This document shows, piece by piece, positions 1 to 15,984 of a stretch of 64,000 bases of DNA. The stretch is from Octopus vulgaris (taxonomy: Eukaryota), in the NCBI GenBank assembly GCA_951406725.2, contig OX597826.1:3410001-3474000 (forward strand), in the 5' to 3' direction. Every line of letters starts with the position of its first letter. Position 1 is the stretch's first letter. A program made the position numbers and the translations under genes. The notes beneath the pieces are model-generated. The model saw only the letters and a program-made list of their open reading frames with translations, searched no databases and had not been told where the DNA came from.

Positions 1-305
1 GGCATGTATGTCCGGGCGCTCCATACCCAACGTTTGGTTTTAGTTCATGAAATTTCCACATGCGTGCTCTAGAAGCCCTGTTAAACGGCTACTTCATGCA
101 ACATGTGTTTGGAAACGACTTACCACCCTCTGATATAAAGATCCTTCATAAAGACTCTCTAGTTTGTTCAATACATTGATCTGTTGAAGAGCGTAGGCTC
201 GAAACATAAAAGACTTCCTCACCTTCTCGAGCGTCAAACTAATACACCTGCTTGTTGTTCATACACACGTCTTCATGTTTTGTTTTTCTGTAAATTTCGA
301 CTATG
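1..305 (+). mobile_element. Penelope-like pseudo-LTR (pLTR) relic with a degenerate hammerhead motif
   Basis: CTGTTGA-A-GAGC(GTAG)GCTC-GAAAC-ATA-aaagac at 181-214. The downstream tail (...actaatacacctgcttgttgt...gtcttc...) matches copies at 29408-29592 and 37270-37440. Confidence 0.6.
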
Positions 306-350
306 TATCTATCTACCTACCTACCTAGTTATGTATCTAAATATATATAT

Positions 351-528
351 ATGGCTCAGTCGTTACACCGTCGGGCTCACACTCATGAGGTAGTGAGTTC
401 GTCTCCCGGACCGGATTCTGTATTGTGTTCTTGAGTAAGACACTTTATTCCATGTTACTCCTGCTCATTCAGCTGTAGAAATGCGTTGGGACGTCAATGG
501 TACCAAGCTGTATCGGCCTTTGCCTTTC
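351..528 (+). mobile_element. tRNA-derived SINE, family C (3'-truncated)
   Basis: A-box-like TGGCTCAGT, B-box-like GAGTTCG and a CORE-like gtgttcttgagtaagacacttt segment. Homologous to 4937-5270 and 54693-55031. Confidence 0.8.
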
Positions 529-995
529 TTTTTATTCAACATATTCCCCTTTCAGATTCCCACACTAATTCCAACGGTTCTTCAGCTTTTCTAAGACCCT
601 AAAATGTATTTGCGGAAGGTTGGGTTTCTAACAAGGCCTCTTGCAATAACCTTAAATGCCACGAATTTTTCAGTACCCACATGTCTCTGTATATGCATAT
701 ACGTAAAACATGCATACATATGTTCATATATACGTACATACATACATATACACTCACACACACAATCACCCACATCTATGTATGTATGTACGTACGTATG
801 TGTCGATGCATGTATATATCTATACATACATACATACGTACATATAAATATATACATATATATATATAAATTCTATAATTATGTGACTAATTATAGAATT
901 TTGTATAAGTTTACCGATAATGGTTCTTTTAATATACCGAACAACTTGGTAAAATTATTAATTATTAATTGATTAATTAATTTTACACTTCATCA

Positions 996-1388
<393 letters not shown>

Positions 1389-2152
1389 GATCTCAATGTA
1401 AGCAAATTACTATGAAATATAGTATATCTGCTAAAGCAGCGCCCAAATTTCACTAGAACAGAAAATGGGCCGAGTTGTATAACGGGTTCTATGATGGTCC
1501 CTAAAGGATGTAATAATCAAAAATTTTTTTAAAAAATTTTAATAAATACATATATAAAAATTATGATCATTGATCTACCAACATCAATATCATTATCACT
1601 ATCGCCAACAACGACATCACATAGCACACTTTCTAGCGATACCTGTTTAAACTGAATAGTTTCATGGCGCCTTAGCGTCTTTAGATATACAATGGTGAGA
1701 TGTGAGATTCATTGTGTAGTATGTGATGTTTTCTTGAAGAGGTCCTTAGTGTCGCCATCTATAGTGTCTGTGTCTGTATCATTCCAATCCTATACTAGAA
1801 AAACCATATGATACAGTTGATTTTGAAACGAGTCTTAGTAGCATTTATATTGTCGCTATTAAAAGAACTCACTTATGTTGTTTTTATTTTTGACGATTTG
1901 TCATTGTTATTTTTTTGCTGCTGCTGCTGCTGCCTCTCTAGTAAGGTTGTTTTTGTTGTTGTTGTTGTGTTTTAGTGCCTAAATACCTGTCCTGAAGTAG
2001 CTCTCGTTTTAACTCGTTACAATATTTGCTTTGTGCAATCTTAGTTGGATTCGTTTTGTTTATTTTGTTACTGTTTCGAAAGAGAGGAGGGAGTTGATTT
2101 GCACGCACCCCCCCGCCTCACACACAAATAAAGATATACATATATATATATA

Positions 2153-2193
<41 letters not shown>

Positions 2194-2264
2194 ATTATAT
2201 AGACATAAGTATAAGAAATAAAGGTGTATATATATATATATATAAATATATATATTCATGTATA

Positions 2265-2331
<67 letters not shown>

Positions 2332-2369
2332 ATTATATATATATACGCATATATGTATGTATGTATGTA

Positions 2370-2406
<37 letters not shown>

Positions 2407-3572
2407 GTGTCTATATATATATATATATAGGTATCTAAGGTTTTATATATATATATATATGTACGTATACATGTATATAAATGGTTTTATATGCGTGTGC
2501 GTATCTTCTATTCAGGAGTACATATACGGAAAAAAAACTGTTGTTCTTTGTTATTTATTTCTGGCGAGTAGGCAGAAATGCTCTCAGACCGCAGTAACGA
2601 TAATAGTAACGATGTGTGATGATAATGGTTCTTGTTATAGCTGAAGACAACATCTTTCTTCGTTGGAGAGGGAAAATAAAATGCAAATTTCTTTCTATTC
2701 AAAAATATTTGCACAAATAACTATAATAATTTTTACGCCCACCGATAGGACAGCGGCATTAACATATATAATGGCAATATAAAAAAGTAAAGGAAATGAC
2801 GATATTAAATCTTAACAAGAAATTGTGAAAATGTTTGCAACAGCTGTGACAGGTATATGGAATAGGAATACGTAAGAATTGTATTATAATGGTAAAATAT
2901 ATAAAGCTTATGAGATGTTTCTGAGCAAAAATATTAGGGTGTTAAAATAATGATCGAGTATACTGAATAAATATTGTCATGTGAGGGATGTAGTAAAAAC
3001 AAGGCAAAAACTGATTATCTCTGATTGATACAAATATCATTATCATTTCTGTAAATTGGGCGCTAGGGCAAGTATTTTAATATCTTAAAGATAATAATGC
3101 TTCAAACGCTATTCATTTATGTACCATGCGTGTTTGGTTCCTTCTTTTGGATTAGTTAACTTGAAATATGATATTGAGAAGTAGGTGACGAAAAAATATC
3201 ATTAGAAAGGGAGAGATGATTTTTCATGAAAGTAATGAAGAAACTGTGGAAAGATATTAATCGTTCGCACGGATAAATATGAAGGTTTAGTTACGGAGCA
3301 ACAAGTACTTTAACACGAATACATGTGTTGAATATATACACTCTTGCAAATAAAAGTCAGAAAAGAAGAGTTTGATGTTAGTTGTAGATGTACATAGCAC
3401 AACAAGCTCGTGTTCCATATGTGCATATAAATGGTGTTTAAAAGTTTCCCTTGTTCCGAACAAAGACATAGATTCAACAACAACAGACAATATATTCGAC
3501 ATATGCACAATGGAAAGACAAGCAAATACAACAGATACCGTTAATAGACGCAATGAAAGTTACAAAATGTAC

Positions 3573-3726
3573 GTGGCTGTGTGGCAAGTGCTTGCTTACC
3601 AACCACATGTTTCCGAGTTCAGTCCCACTGCGTGGCACCTTGGGCAGATTTTTCTACTGTAGCCTCAGGCCGACCAAAGCCTTGTGAGTGGATTTGGTAG
3701 ACAGAAACAGAAGAAAGCTCGTCGTA
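3573..3726 (+). mobile_element. tRNA-derived SINE, family A (5' half)
   Basis: gtggctgtgtgg...gttcagtcccactgcgtggcaccttgggca...gtgagtggatttggtagac matches 20075 and 60253 and ends in (TA)n. Confidence 0.85.
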
Positions 3727-3773
<47 letters not shown>

Positions 3774-3814
3774 GAACGAATTGAGTCGAACGAAGATGTT
3801 AACAAAATTCCTTT

Positions 3815-3900
3815 AATCTCGACACATGTTTCGAAGACAGCATGTTTTCATTCCAAAGGAGTAAAGGGTGCATTATGCAATCTTCTCATCAGGTATTTTT
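3815..3900 (-). ncRNA. Hammerhead-ribozyme-like motif (type I) in a Penelope-like pLTR
   Basis: Minus strand: CTGATGA (3892-3886), helix II GAAGA/TCTTC extended by GCAT/ATGC, GAAAC (3832-3828), ATGT, GTC. Helix I pairs poorly. Flanked by (TA)n on both sides. Confidence 0.6.
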
Positions 3901-3939
3901 CATGCTGACGATAATCATAGGATAATTCATTCACCTACT

Positions 3940-3982
<43 letters not shown>

Positions 3983-4838
3983 GTATGCGCGTACATATGT
4001 AATATATATGCCTGTATATATATATAAATATATATATACTATCTATATGTGTGTGTATATGCATGTCTATGTGTGTATATGTGTGTATGCGTGTGTGTGT
4101 ATGTGTGTGTGTGAATGCTACTATTTTCCTTACACATAGAACATTGCCAATGCTTCATAAGTTGAGGTTTTTGATTCAATTACCACTTGATTAAACACTA
4201 GAAGAGAGAATTAATTATGCAGTATACCTTATAGTGTTTAGTAGTTGTCTAAATTATGTATGTCACCCATGACATTTATGCCTAATATGAGGACATATTA
4301 ATGCTATAATTTTAATAATGGTATTAATCGTTTCGAATATTTCACTTACAGATGTTCCCATTGCATTGAGTCGTATCATATGGACCATTAAATATGATTC
4401 CGAATTAACATATCAGTTATTTCCTGCTAGAGATGGATAAAAGATTTTTGCTCGGCAAATATGTATATAGATTTTTTAAATAATGTATTCTGTTTGCAAA
4501 TATATACAAACAAAAACTAATTCCAAGATTGTTCAACGAAAGCAATATATTCCTATATGTGTGTGACTGTATGTACGTGGATATATACGTGTGCGTACGT
4601 GTGTGTGTGTGTGTGTATGTGTGTAGTGGGAGAGGTCAATAGATAGAGCAATTCATTAATAGATGTCTATGTATGATAATAATTCAATTTTTATTTAAAG
4701 AAATAATGGCAATATTAGCAAGCAATGAAATTCTATAGGAACGGAAAGTATGGCATATTTTCAACAGGAAAAAAGGAGATATTACTCAAAGTTTCATTCA
4801 CACTTGTCTTACAACAATGAAGTGCATATATGTATATA

Positions 4839-5374
<536 letters not shown>

Positions 5375-5879
5375 GTCGAAAACCAGTAATAAACCACAAC
5401 GACAATTCATTTTGCGGCGTTTCAATCTCGTAGCTATCTTCCTAACTAAATCCAGTGCGTCATCTCTTACTCACACTCAAATCTCACATCTCTTTGAGAG
5501 ACAAATCCTCGGTCCTCATCTCCCATCGTCTATTGTGTTTATTCTGACTTCGCTACAAAATATTTACATATCTGTTGTTTCTCCAGGCACAATACAAGCT
5601 CTGGTCTACTACTGTACTCTTTGCTTTCTTGGCGTTTCGTACAGTCACAAAAATGACTTCCCTACCTTAAATCTGGCGGGCCTAATGACACATCACTCAG
5701 CCATTCCTCAGTGATGTTCATATCTAAGAAAACAGCCAAGTAATAACATTACTGGCAATAGAATGCAGTATTTATGAACGTCTCACCAGAGATTCTGTAT
5801 TCATTTCAGTATAAAAACTAATCATAAAACTAAAGTATTTAATAGTACACTCACACACATTAGGATACAAAGATTTGAT

Positions 5880-6068
5880 GACAGGACGGAATAAAAATGC
5901 TGGGCGGCATGCCGTCCGTCTTTGAGCTCTGAGTTCCAATTCCGCCGATGTCGACTTTGCGTTTTATGTTTTCAGTAACGATAACTTGCGGACCATTTGA
6001 ATGCTGGGGTCGATGTGATCGACTATCCCCGTCATCGAATTTACTGGCCAAGTGCTAAAATTCAAATC
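5880..6068 (+). mobile_element. SINE family B, diverged copy
   Basis: ctgagttccaattccgccgatgtcgactttgc...ctggggtcgatgtgatcgact matches the family B body. Confidence 0.7.
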
Positions 6069-6573
6069 CATCATTTTCTATTTTCTGATTCGTATAACAG
6101 TGAAAGCGTTGAAAGCTTCATTGAACATCAATTAATTTCGAAGTATTTTTCATTAATACAATGTGAGCAACTGTAATTTCTAGACATGGCGGCGTGATCT
6201 CAGCAATAACAATCTGGTTAAAATTAGACGCTATGTATAAACAAACAAAGCAGAAAAAAATCATTTTCTCTCTGTGGTACACAAACATCAACTAATTTCA
6301 GAATTTATTATCTATTTGGTAAAAGGAATGAGTAATCAATCTCTGATGAGAGATTAATAACTCCTGAAATGTGTCACAGCAATGCTTTTAATTAATAATG
6401 CCTATAACTTTCCAAGGCCAACTGTATTATATCGAACGCGCGCAAATAAGCTTATTTGCAATTCATGAAACATACAATACCGCTTTTCTCCTTTTTAATA
6501 TGTATACCGTTATATTTACATATACGTACATACATGCGAGCAAGCCAATGTATGTACGTATGCGTATACACAA

Positions 6574-6638
<65 letters not shown>

Positions 6639-6674
6639 CATACACATATACACACATATACATAGTTAATAAAA

Positions 6675-6780
6675 AAAACTAAGAAGAAAAAGAAGAAGCA
6701 AACAACAACGCGAGGGCGTGGTACATGCAAAGTATTAAGACGCTTAGAGAAGGAAAAAGAGTTGTTGTTTTACGTTTCTA
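6675..6780 (-). mobile_element. Penelope-like pLTR fragment
   Basis: aacaacaacgcgagggcgtggtacatgcaaagtatta... matches 45575-45650 and, as reverse complement, 49570-49650 and 51260-51343. Confidence 0.55.
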
Positions 6781-7946
6781 GCACCACCACCACCACTACC
6801 ACCACCACCACCACTAAAATAAAAGAGATGAGAATGGTGATGATAAATGAAATGGAAAAATCGCTGGGCGATGTTGACATTTCTAAAAATAGCTAAACAA
6901 TTACTGCTTTAGCCAAGGTCGAAATACAAATCTCTTCACATGTTAAAAAAGCCTTGACACCTAAACTAAACACCAATCAATTTAAGTAATTTAGTAAAGC
7001 CTCACACTGATTGGTCAGTTTGCAAAAATTGACATTCTGAAACCTGTACAAATGTATTTAAGGCACACAGTTTAGCCATCATACTATAGTTGTAAATTAT
7101 AAAACATGACTATTACCACGACGACATGAACCTGAAGATTGATGTGAAAGAGCATTCGACTATTTGAATCAGAGGTTAAATATTGAACTTTATTGCAACT
7201 GAAAACACTTTTGCAAATCTTTCCTCTGTATTAAAGGTAGTCGCTAAGTTTATCTGACGGAATGTAGTGTTTCGTGTATTTTAACAGACACACATTCGCA
7301 TTCAACCGACCCCTCAATGTTGATTCATCTTTAACTTATGCATAATTTATGAAGACCAATCAGGGATAGACGTAAAAATAGAACGTCACTACTCTTTGAT
7401 AGAAATATTCGAAAGACAATGGTTCAATAAAAAATAACCTTTAAATATTTTATGTATAAAACAATATATTTGAAAGGAATAATATATTTTATTTTATTTC
7501 GTTCATCATTATCCAAGTGGCAGTATAGGGGCGTTTTAAAACGAGCTTGAGCCAGCTTTAGGAAAAACTGCAGTATGATGAGGACAAGCAACTATATAAA
7601 GATGGGCTATCTCAGTGATGTACGCGACTTAGTAGGTAATATTTCCAGTTTCAAATTAATATTACCGAATCTGCCTAAGATGTTTTGTATTATTGGACTC
7701 ACTCGTTAATCTCAAATATACTGCTTCGTATAGTATAATTCACGCATTAGTACAACTCCGAATTGTTTAAGAAAACAATCAATGATACTATGTACATAGT
7801 AATAAGCATACAGGCCCATACATAATTTAAATATATATGAGTATGTCTAGATATGCAATTATATGCGTGAGAATACATACATAAAAAAAAAACATACAAA
7901 TACGTACATAAACATATATATACATACACACATACAAAGAAAAATA

Positions 7947-8375
7947 TCACTGCAGTGGACTTGTTTCCTTTACTGTAAACTGGGACACAGACTGGGAAAG
8001 AAAGTTCTCAGGAATATGACCATCATTCACTGAGGTCCCCTACAGATTAGCAGCACGGGATGCTAGGTGGTGTTGGTACACCATCAGGACTCAAGCAGGG
8101 ACGTAACAAGACATGATGCTAAATTGTGTGATTTCCTTTATAGCCGCTAAGACATTAGGGGCACCACAACCTATGCCCGACACAGTGTGCATCAACGATG
8201 TACGCCATATTAGGATTGCTAAAAACAGAGCAGTACTTTTTCTGCAGTATCTCACTCATCGTTTTGGCATTATCTTGGAGATTGCCATTTTCATCAATTA
8301 GTGGGAGAACAGTGGAGACAGTGCACTTTTGTTTGTTTCTTTCCAAAAGAGAACACGTTGGGATTATGTATGATT
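7947..8375 (-). pseudogene. Old CR1/L2-clade LINE ORF2 fragment (linker and start of the RT domain)
   Basis: Minus-strand peptides [41 protein letters not shown] and VPVYSKGNKS resemble the conserved pre-RT segment of CR1/L2 ORF2. Frameshifted. Confidence 0.7.
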
Positions 8376-8389
8376 TTCTGAATCTATAT

Positions 8390-8458
<69 letters not shown>

Positions 8459-8636
8459 CATACATATATATATATATACATATGTATATATATATATATA
8501 TATATATACATATATATACATATACATATATGCATACATATACAAACATATACACATACATATACATATTTATAAATATACATATATATAGATATGTACA
8601 TCTATATATACATATACATAAGTATGCATCTGTGTT

Positions 8637-8679
<43 letters not shown>

Positions 8680-8691
8680 ATGTCCATATAC

Positions 8692-8745
<54 letters not shown>

Positions 8746-10951
8746 GCAACATTAGAATTGAACTACAATATACAGACTGACACATAAGTAGATAGAGAGA
8801 GAGAGAGGCAGACAGAGACAGAGACCGTGAGAGAGAGACAGGGAGACAGAGTGAGAGACAGTGGGAGAGACAGATATATGGATAGATACATACATGACTA
8901 ATGATTTTGCATATATTTATAACATGTTGGTAAATATATTCAAATAATTACATTAAGTGCGAAATTAGTACATTTCTGCTGTTTTTTGCTGCTGTTTACG
9001 CTTCTGATCTTAGAACGTGTAAGTAGATTATATTATTAAATAAAACGTAGATGTGGTGCTCATTTTAGAGTTCCTTCTAATTATAGTGAAACGGCATACG
9101 TCAGTGGTCATTAGTAACAAGTAATAAATTAGCCAGACTGTGCAATTAAATATTTATTACTTATTAGTTAGTCATTATCGATTAATTCGATGCTAGTACA
9201 GGATTAGAGAGATCGAAGATAAAACTAAGATTAATAATGAAGCTGATCTTTGAGGATTTCTTTGACTATATATGATTAATTTTATTTCAAAGGAAATTTT
9301 AAGTATTTTGTATTCATTAGGGAATATACAGTGTATGGGTGAGTAAATGAACATGTTGCAGGCAGCATGTTTCTGTGTACGTTATGGACATACATACATG
9401 CATGCATGCATACATACGCACACGCAGCTATTTCTCGTAAATTGCTGCAATAGCCGAGGAATGGCTTCTGAAAGTTTGTTTCCTAAAGTGAGTTATTACG
9501 GCGAACAGTTTTGATGGTAATTAGCGAAAACATTCGACATATATCCAGAATCATAGGGGCGTATGTTTGTTTTTGGTGATTTCCTGCTGTTAATTATTTC
9601 GCTTCAGACGCGTTCGATAAGGCGTAAGACATCCCTCACCTACAAGAAACACCGTATTTCTATAACCTCACACTCCATCTCCTCCATTGTTCTTGAAAAT
9701 ATTAGTGTTTCGATGATCGTTCAGCGTTTGAGAGAAGCAGCTTCACCTAGCGAGGGAAACGGTACGAATATTATCTATTAACATTTGGTTTCCTCCCCAA
9801 TGAAGATTTTCTCCCCCGTGTCTCTCACAATTTCCTGAAGAGGTACACCCTTTCATATTAACATCTAGAATCCAGCTTTGGTATGCTATTGAAAATGCTA
9901 GAATTTTGATTGTCTATATAGTAATTGCTATTATTTGAAGACAAAAACGCTGAGCTATTTTTAATTTACTTGTGATAAAAGGCATTAAATTCTAACTCGA
10001 AACATACCCAGAGTAGTTATAGTAATATGCCACAACAAATACAAAATTTTGAGAAGCATCAATAACAGCGTAAATAATAAATATAAAACAAAGATATAAT
10101 AAATTAAGATAACTTTTACTAGATTTTCTTTGATAAATTCAACCGTTCTTATTTTTATGATCGCTTTCGAGCACAAAACAGACTATTCTCTTACTGGATT
10201 CGATCCAGGTCTAAGGTCATAGTCATTTTAGCCTTTCCCCAATATGTTCAGGCAAATTTTAGAAATATTCTTTGGAATCACCATTCATCCTCTGGAAAAG
10301 CCTTAAGAAAATAGTTGTAATTTCTTCTGGCATTTTTATTGTCGACATTCATCTGTATTCTAACGTATGTGGTTTGTAAGCACATACAGATTTGCCTGTA
10401 TGCAACAGGCAATAATTTGTTAGCGTTTTTCGAACACTGGTATAACTTCATTAATACCAGATAATTCGTTTAAAAATAGCAATCTTTTCGTAACTTTGCT
10501 TCTGAAAATTCTTTAGACTAGTCATATATTGTTATTTAATAATTAATTAGTTACTGTATCTCGACTGGCGAGTTTTGTATGAATTCTAGTTGTGCATTTA
10601 TCCTCGTAGAATCTCCCAGCAGATGACATCTTATCCCTATTGTCATTTTGTCTCACATAGAAATAAAAAAAACACAAGAAATTGAAACAAAAAAGGGAAG
10701 AGAGAAAGAAAAAACTCCGACCATGATTGATGAAAGTAAAAGGAAAAAGAGTATGTATATTATGGGCTGGGGGAAGACGGAGCAAATCAATACGTATTGC
10801 ATCTGCAAATCTAATCACAAGTCCGGTTTTAGATGGAAGCCAAACTGATCAACAAAATTATAGATTGCAGATCAAAAGGTGTTTTGGTGATAAGAGATAA
10901 TAGTAATTATGTTCATATAATGTAGCAAACAACTATCAACAACAATCAACA

Positions 10952-11698
<747 letters not shown>

Positions 11699-12288
11699 CA
11701 AGGGTGACGGATGAGGGAACGTTCCTGGAGCAGGTTAATACTGACAGGAAAATCAATACGTCGAGTTCAGTGTGCAGACTAAAAATATGTAAGAACAATT
11801 ACAAAACGATAACATTTAAACAACACCAAACAACAGCAACAACAAGAAAAATATCAAGAACTGCAATGGTAACAAAATCAACAACAACAACAGCAAAATG
11901 GAAAACAATAACAATGACATCTGAAATAGCATTAACTTCAACATCGACAACAACAACAACAACAACGTGATTGAGAACAAAACAAGAGTAGTTATAGTAA
12001 TATGCCACAACAAATACAAAATTTTGAGAAGCATCAATAACAGCGTAAATAATAAATATAAAACAAAGATATAATAAAATAAATAGTGAAACAAATATCG
12101 ATATCAGGAATTAGAACAAATAATGAAATGTGGAACGAAAATATCATTGTCATCGTCGTCATGCTCATTATTGTTGTTCTTGTTCTTGTTGTTGTGGTAA
12201 TCGTCGTCGTCGTCGTCGTGTTCATCGTTTTCATCCTCATCATCAACATACTAATGGACATTGTATACGTCAATAGCTTTGTCTTTTC

Positions 12289-12885
12289 TTATTTCTTTAT
12301 TGCCCATAAGGGGCTAAACATAGAGGGGACAAACAAGGACAGACAAAGGGATTAAGTCGATTTCATCGACCTCAGTGCTTAACTTGGACTTAATTTATCG
12401 ATCCCCGAAATAATGAAAGGCAAAGTCGACCTCGGTGGAATTTGAACTCAGAAAGTAAAGACAGGCGAAATACCTATTGCTTTACTACCTACAAGGGGTT
12501 AAACACAAAGGGTACAAACAAGGACAGACGAACGGATTAAGTCGATTATATCGACCCCAGTGCGTAACTGGTACTTATTTAATCGACCCCAAAAGGATGT
12601 AAGGCAAAGTCGAACTCGGCGGAATTTGAACTCAGAATGTAAAGACAGACGAAATGCCTATTTCTTTACTACCCACGAAGGGACAAACACAGAGAGGACG
12701 AACAAGGACAGACAACCGGATTAAGTTGATTATATCGACCCCAGTGCGTAACTGGTACTTAATTTAATCAACCCCGAAAGGATGAAAGGCAAAGTCTTTG
12801 AAATTTGAACCCAGAAATTAACAGCAGACGAAATACCGCTAAGCATTTCGCCCGGCTTGCTAACGTTTCTGTCAGCTCGGCGCCG
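12289..12885 (-). mobile_element. SINE family B: one head followed by three tandem ~185-bp bodies
   Basis: Three repeats of ...aaacaaggacagac...ttaagtcgat...ccccagtgcgtaactggtact...aaaggcaaagtcgac...aatttgaactcagaa. A single 5' head lies at about 12835-12885. Confidence 0.9.
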
Positions 12886-14138
12886 TTGTCTTTTCTGCCA
12901 TTCTCCTCGCTGTCCTCATCCCAGTGCACCTCCTCTTCGTGCTCCTCGTTTTCCTAGTCCACCCACTCGTCTTCCTCCTCGTCCTCTTCCTACTCCTTTT
13001 CGTCGTTATCATCGTCGCTGTTGAAGGTGCCGTTGTCATCGTTATCATCTTTATCCTCTACGTTGTCCTCGTTGTAGTAGTTGTCATAATCAACATTTTC
13101 ATTATCATTATCGTCACTGTTGTGGTCATCATCATCATCAACACCATAAATGTCATTGCCTTTGTCGTGGTCCCGGTGCTGTTATCATCTCCATGAGCAC
13201 CATAATCAGCGTGTTGCCCCAACAATACCAGCAAAAACGAGTTTCACCTTGTTATTAACACCTGCTTGAAATAATAGTGAAATCCCTTTTAAATCACACT
13301 CTTATCATCTTGAAACGGTGTGATATTGAATAATATCGTGCTGCACATAGAATGTTGTGGATATCACCGCCAGCAGCGCTGTCAATTCTAAGTCTGGTCA
13401 ATTAGTGTTTCCTGGTGCTAAACAGCTTCAAGAACATGAAACACCGCCATAGTTATAACGTTTTCGATTAACAGCAAAAGAAGCGACAAAAAGCAGCGAA
13501 AGTAGCAAAGACAAAGACAATAGCACCACGAACAACAGATATGACATGAAACATCGCCATCGCTGAAGCCATTTCCCAAAAGAACAGCACCAACAAAAAC
13601 AACAACACCTGCTATGGCCGCATCATCATAAACATCGTTATTAACGGTTTTATCTTAAGTATTATCAACTTCAAAACTAACAGTTAAAACAGCAGTAACA
13701 ACAGCGGTAGCAGTAGCAGCAGCAGTAGCAGCAGCATTAATAGAAGGCAGCAGCAACAGCGTCAACGATTAAAAAAAAGCATCAGTGACAACATCGTTAT
13801 TATCATTTCTAGCATCACCATTAACGGCCCATGCACCACCACCACCACCACCACCACTACTGACACTAGGACGAGGGCAGCGAAGACCCTCCGCCACCAG
13901 CACCACTATCACCACCATTACCACTAACACGACGACGACGACGACAACGACGGCGACCATTACCGTCACCAACACAAACACCACCATATCACCACCACTG
14001 CCAACCTCGATATCATCATCAGCGGGAGTGATATCAGCAACTCACCACAAGAACAGTTACAATACTGATGATAAAATGGCAATAAAATACAACAGGAAGT
14101 AAAAATTTAAAATCACTAAGTATATGAAAATATCATCA

Positions 14139-14141
<3 letters not shown>

Positions 14142-14198
<57 letters not shown>
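14142..14198. repeat. (AG)n microsatellite
   Basis: Directly visible. Confidence 0.97.
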
Positions 14199-14202
<4 letters not shown>

Positions 14203-15281
14203 TTGAATAATTGTGAAAGCATATCGTTATTAATAATAAACAGCGTTGTATGTAAATGGAGTGCAGTGAGTTGATGGCGTACAATGAGGATAATAGCAAC
14301 GGCAAGAAATACTTTAGCAACAGCGATTGTATGCAACTGCTGCCTGGATAAAAATGGGCCATTTGGCAACATAAAGGCAAGGAGAAAAATAAATGTAAAG
14401 CATGGAATATTAATATAAAAAAGGCAGCGGTAGAAGCAACAACAGCAACATTGATAAATATTAGAGCCATCGATCGAAGACGAAAATAGCAAAGCTTAGC
14501 AACTACTGGGGAATATTAAAAGCCATGGCAAAGGTAACAAGAATAATGGGAGGAATAACATCAACGATGTTAGCAATAAAGACGAGAAACAACAAAGATT
14601 CCGAAGGTAAAAGTATCATTATTCGCAACTCTTATACAAGCTGGGAAATCCTCGCAATTTCAAGGATGAGAGTAGTAACAACGAAGCCAATAAAATTAGC
14701 AACATTGACGAGAACAACAATTGCAAGAAGAGCATTAGAAAGAACTACACGAACTAGGACATTAGCACCGATGCAAGGATAGCAACAGTAAGGGTACAAA
14801 GGACAACATTAGCAGCAATGGCGAGAAAGGACAATTATTGCAGTTTCGTTAACGAGGAAATCAACAAATTGGCAAGGAGGGCAGTTATTTTTATATACAA
14901 AAAAGGATCAAAATTAGCAACATTTGCAAAAGCAACGATCTTCGCAACTGAAAAGAATTAGGTCATTATCATAAGTAGCAACAACGACAAAAATATCGAC
15001 TTTTCCAAGGGCAACATAAGCATTGCAGAGGTGGCACGAATACCTACAATAACGATATTTGCAATTGTAAGAAAGCTATCAACAACCGCAATAACAAAAT
15101 TACTAACGACAGTAACAATAGCTGCAAACATCGCAAGTATAAGAACATTATCATCAGTATGACAACAACAACAACAACAACAACAACAATAACAACGCAA
15201 AAGAACAACAACGGTTCCTGTTTCTTTTTAAAGAATGTAACAAAAATATCAGAAGAAAAATCAGTAACGACAACGAATACT

Positions 15282-15905
15282 AAGTTAGTTAGTTAGTTAG
15301 TTAGTTAATTTGGCTCAAAAGCAAATAGCAAGGCCATGTAGGGGGACATGGAGTTAAGTACAGGGTGGTGTTCATGTAAAGAGTTCAGGCCACTTGAGGT
15401 CCAGGGAGGCTTTGAACAAAGCGGTCGTCGGCATCTTCACCATCTCGTCTGGCAGCTTGTTCCACGGATCCGCAACCCGGACGGAGAAAGCTCCTCTCCT
15501 TCGATTGAGATGAAATCGTCGCAGGTAGAGCTTTTCGGAATGACCCCGCAGCCGACGCTCCGGAGCAGGAGTGAAGAACAGCTCTTTCGAGAGGTTACAC
15601 TTCCCGCTTATGATGTTGTGGGCGAGAATGAGATCACCACGGCGGCGGCGTTTTTCAAGAGAACAAAGGTCGAGCGTCCTCAGCCTTTCTTCGTAGGACA
15701 CATTTTTGAGACCATGAACCATGCGGGTAGCCAGCCTCTGGACTCTTTCGAGGTGCTGTATGTCTTTGAGGAGATAAGGAAAAGAGGCTTGAATCCCATA
15801 CTCCAATATGAGTCTCACCAGCGTGACATAGAGTGGCAGGAATATGGCTGCTGTGAGCATTCCGAATGACCGTCGAATCAAAAACAGAATTCTGCGCGCT
15901 TTGAC
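15282..15905 (-). mobile_element. 5'-truncated CR1/L2-clade LINE with 3' UTR stem-loop and (TAAC)n tail
   Basis: ORF2 C-terminus, then a short 3' UTR with hairpin ccatgt-N6-acatgg (15334-15351) and a tetranucleotide tail (agtt)n on + at 15282-15306. Confidence 0.92.
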
Positions 15906-15911
15906 TACCAC
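15372..15911 (-). pseudogene. LINE ORF2 C-terminal region (post-RT), stop-free over 179 codons
   Basis: LYVTLVRLILEYG..., LERVQRLATRMV, YEERLRTLDLCSLEKRRRRGDLI, LRGH and FSVRVADPWNKLP are the typical CR1/L2 ORF2 C-terminal motifs. Confidence 0.92.
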
Positions 15912-15984
15912 TACCTATCAAATAACAGCGAAATGTTCTCAGATTGGTACCCTTTCTTTAGTAAAATGACCCGTTTGACCCCGC

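Noticed and set aside
5400-5750. Coding-like unique stretches (also 34500-34830, 37580-38150, 46185-46470, 57200-57500)
   Set aside because: They may be very old TE debris, but I could not recognise any motif in any frame.
7005-7365. Inverted ctgattggtc / gaccaatcag pair as MITE ends
   Set aside because: The match is only 10 bp, with no extended TIR or TSD found.
9560-9910. Possible further PLE end with CTGAAGA (9835)...GAAA (9891)
   Set aside because: Helices II and III are too degenerate, so it was not counted among the supported motifs.
12289-12885. CRISPR-like regular repeats
   Set aside because: The units are ~185-bp SINE bodies without unique spacers, the context is eukaryotic, and no cas genes are present.
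15348-15869. 173-aa plus-strand ORF
   Set aside because: It is the antisense shadow of the LINE ORF2.
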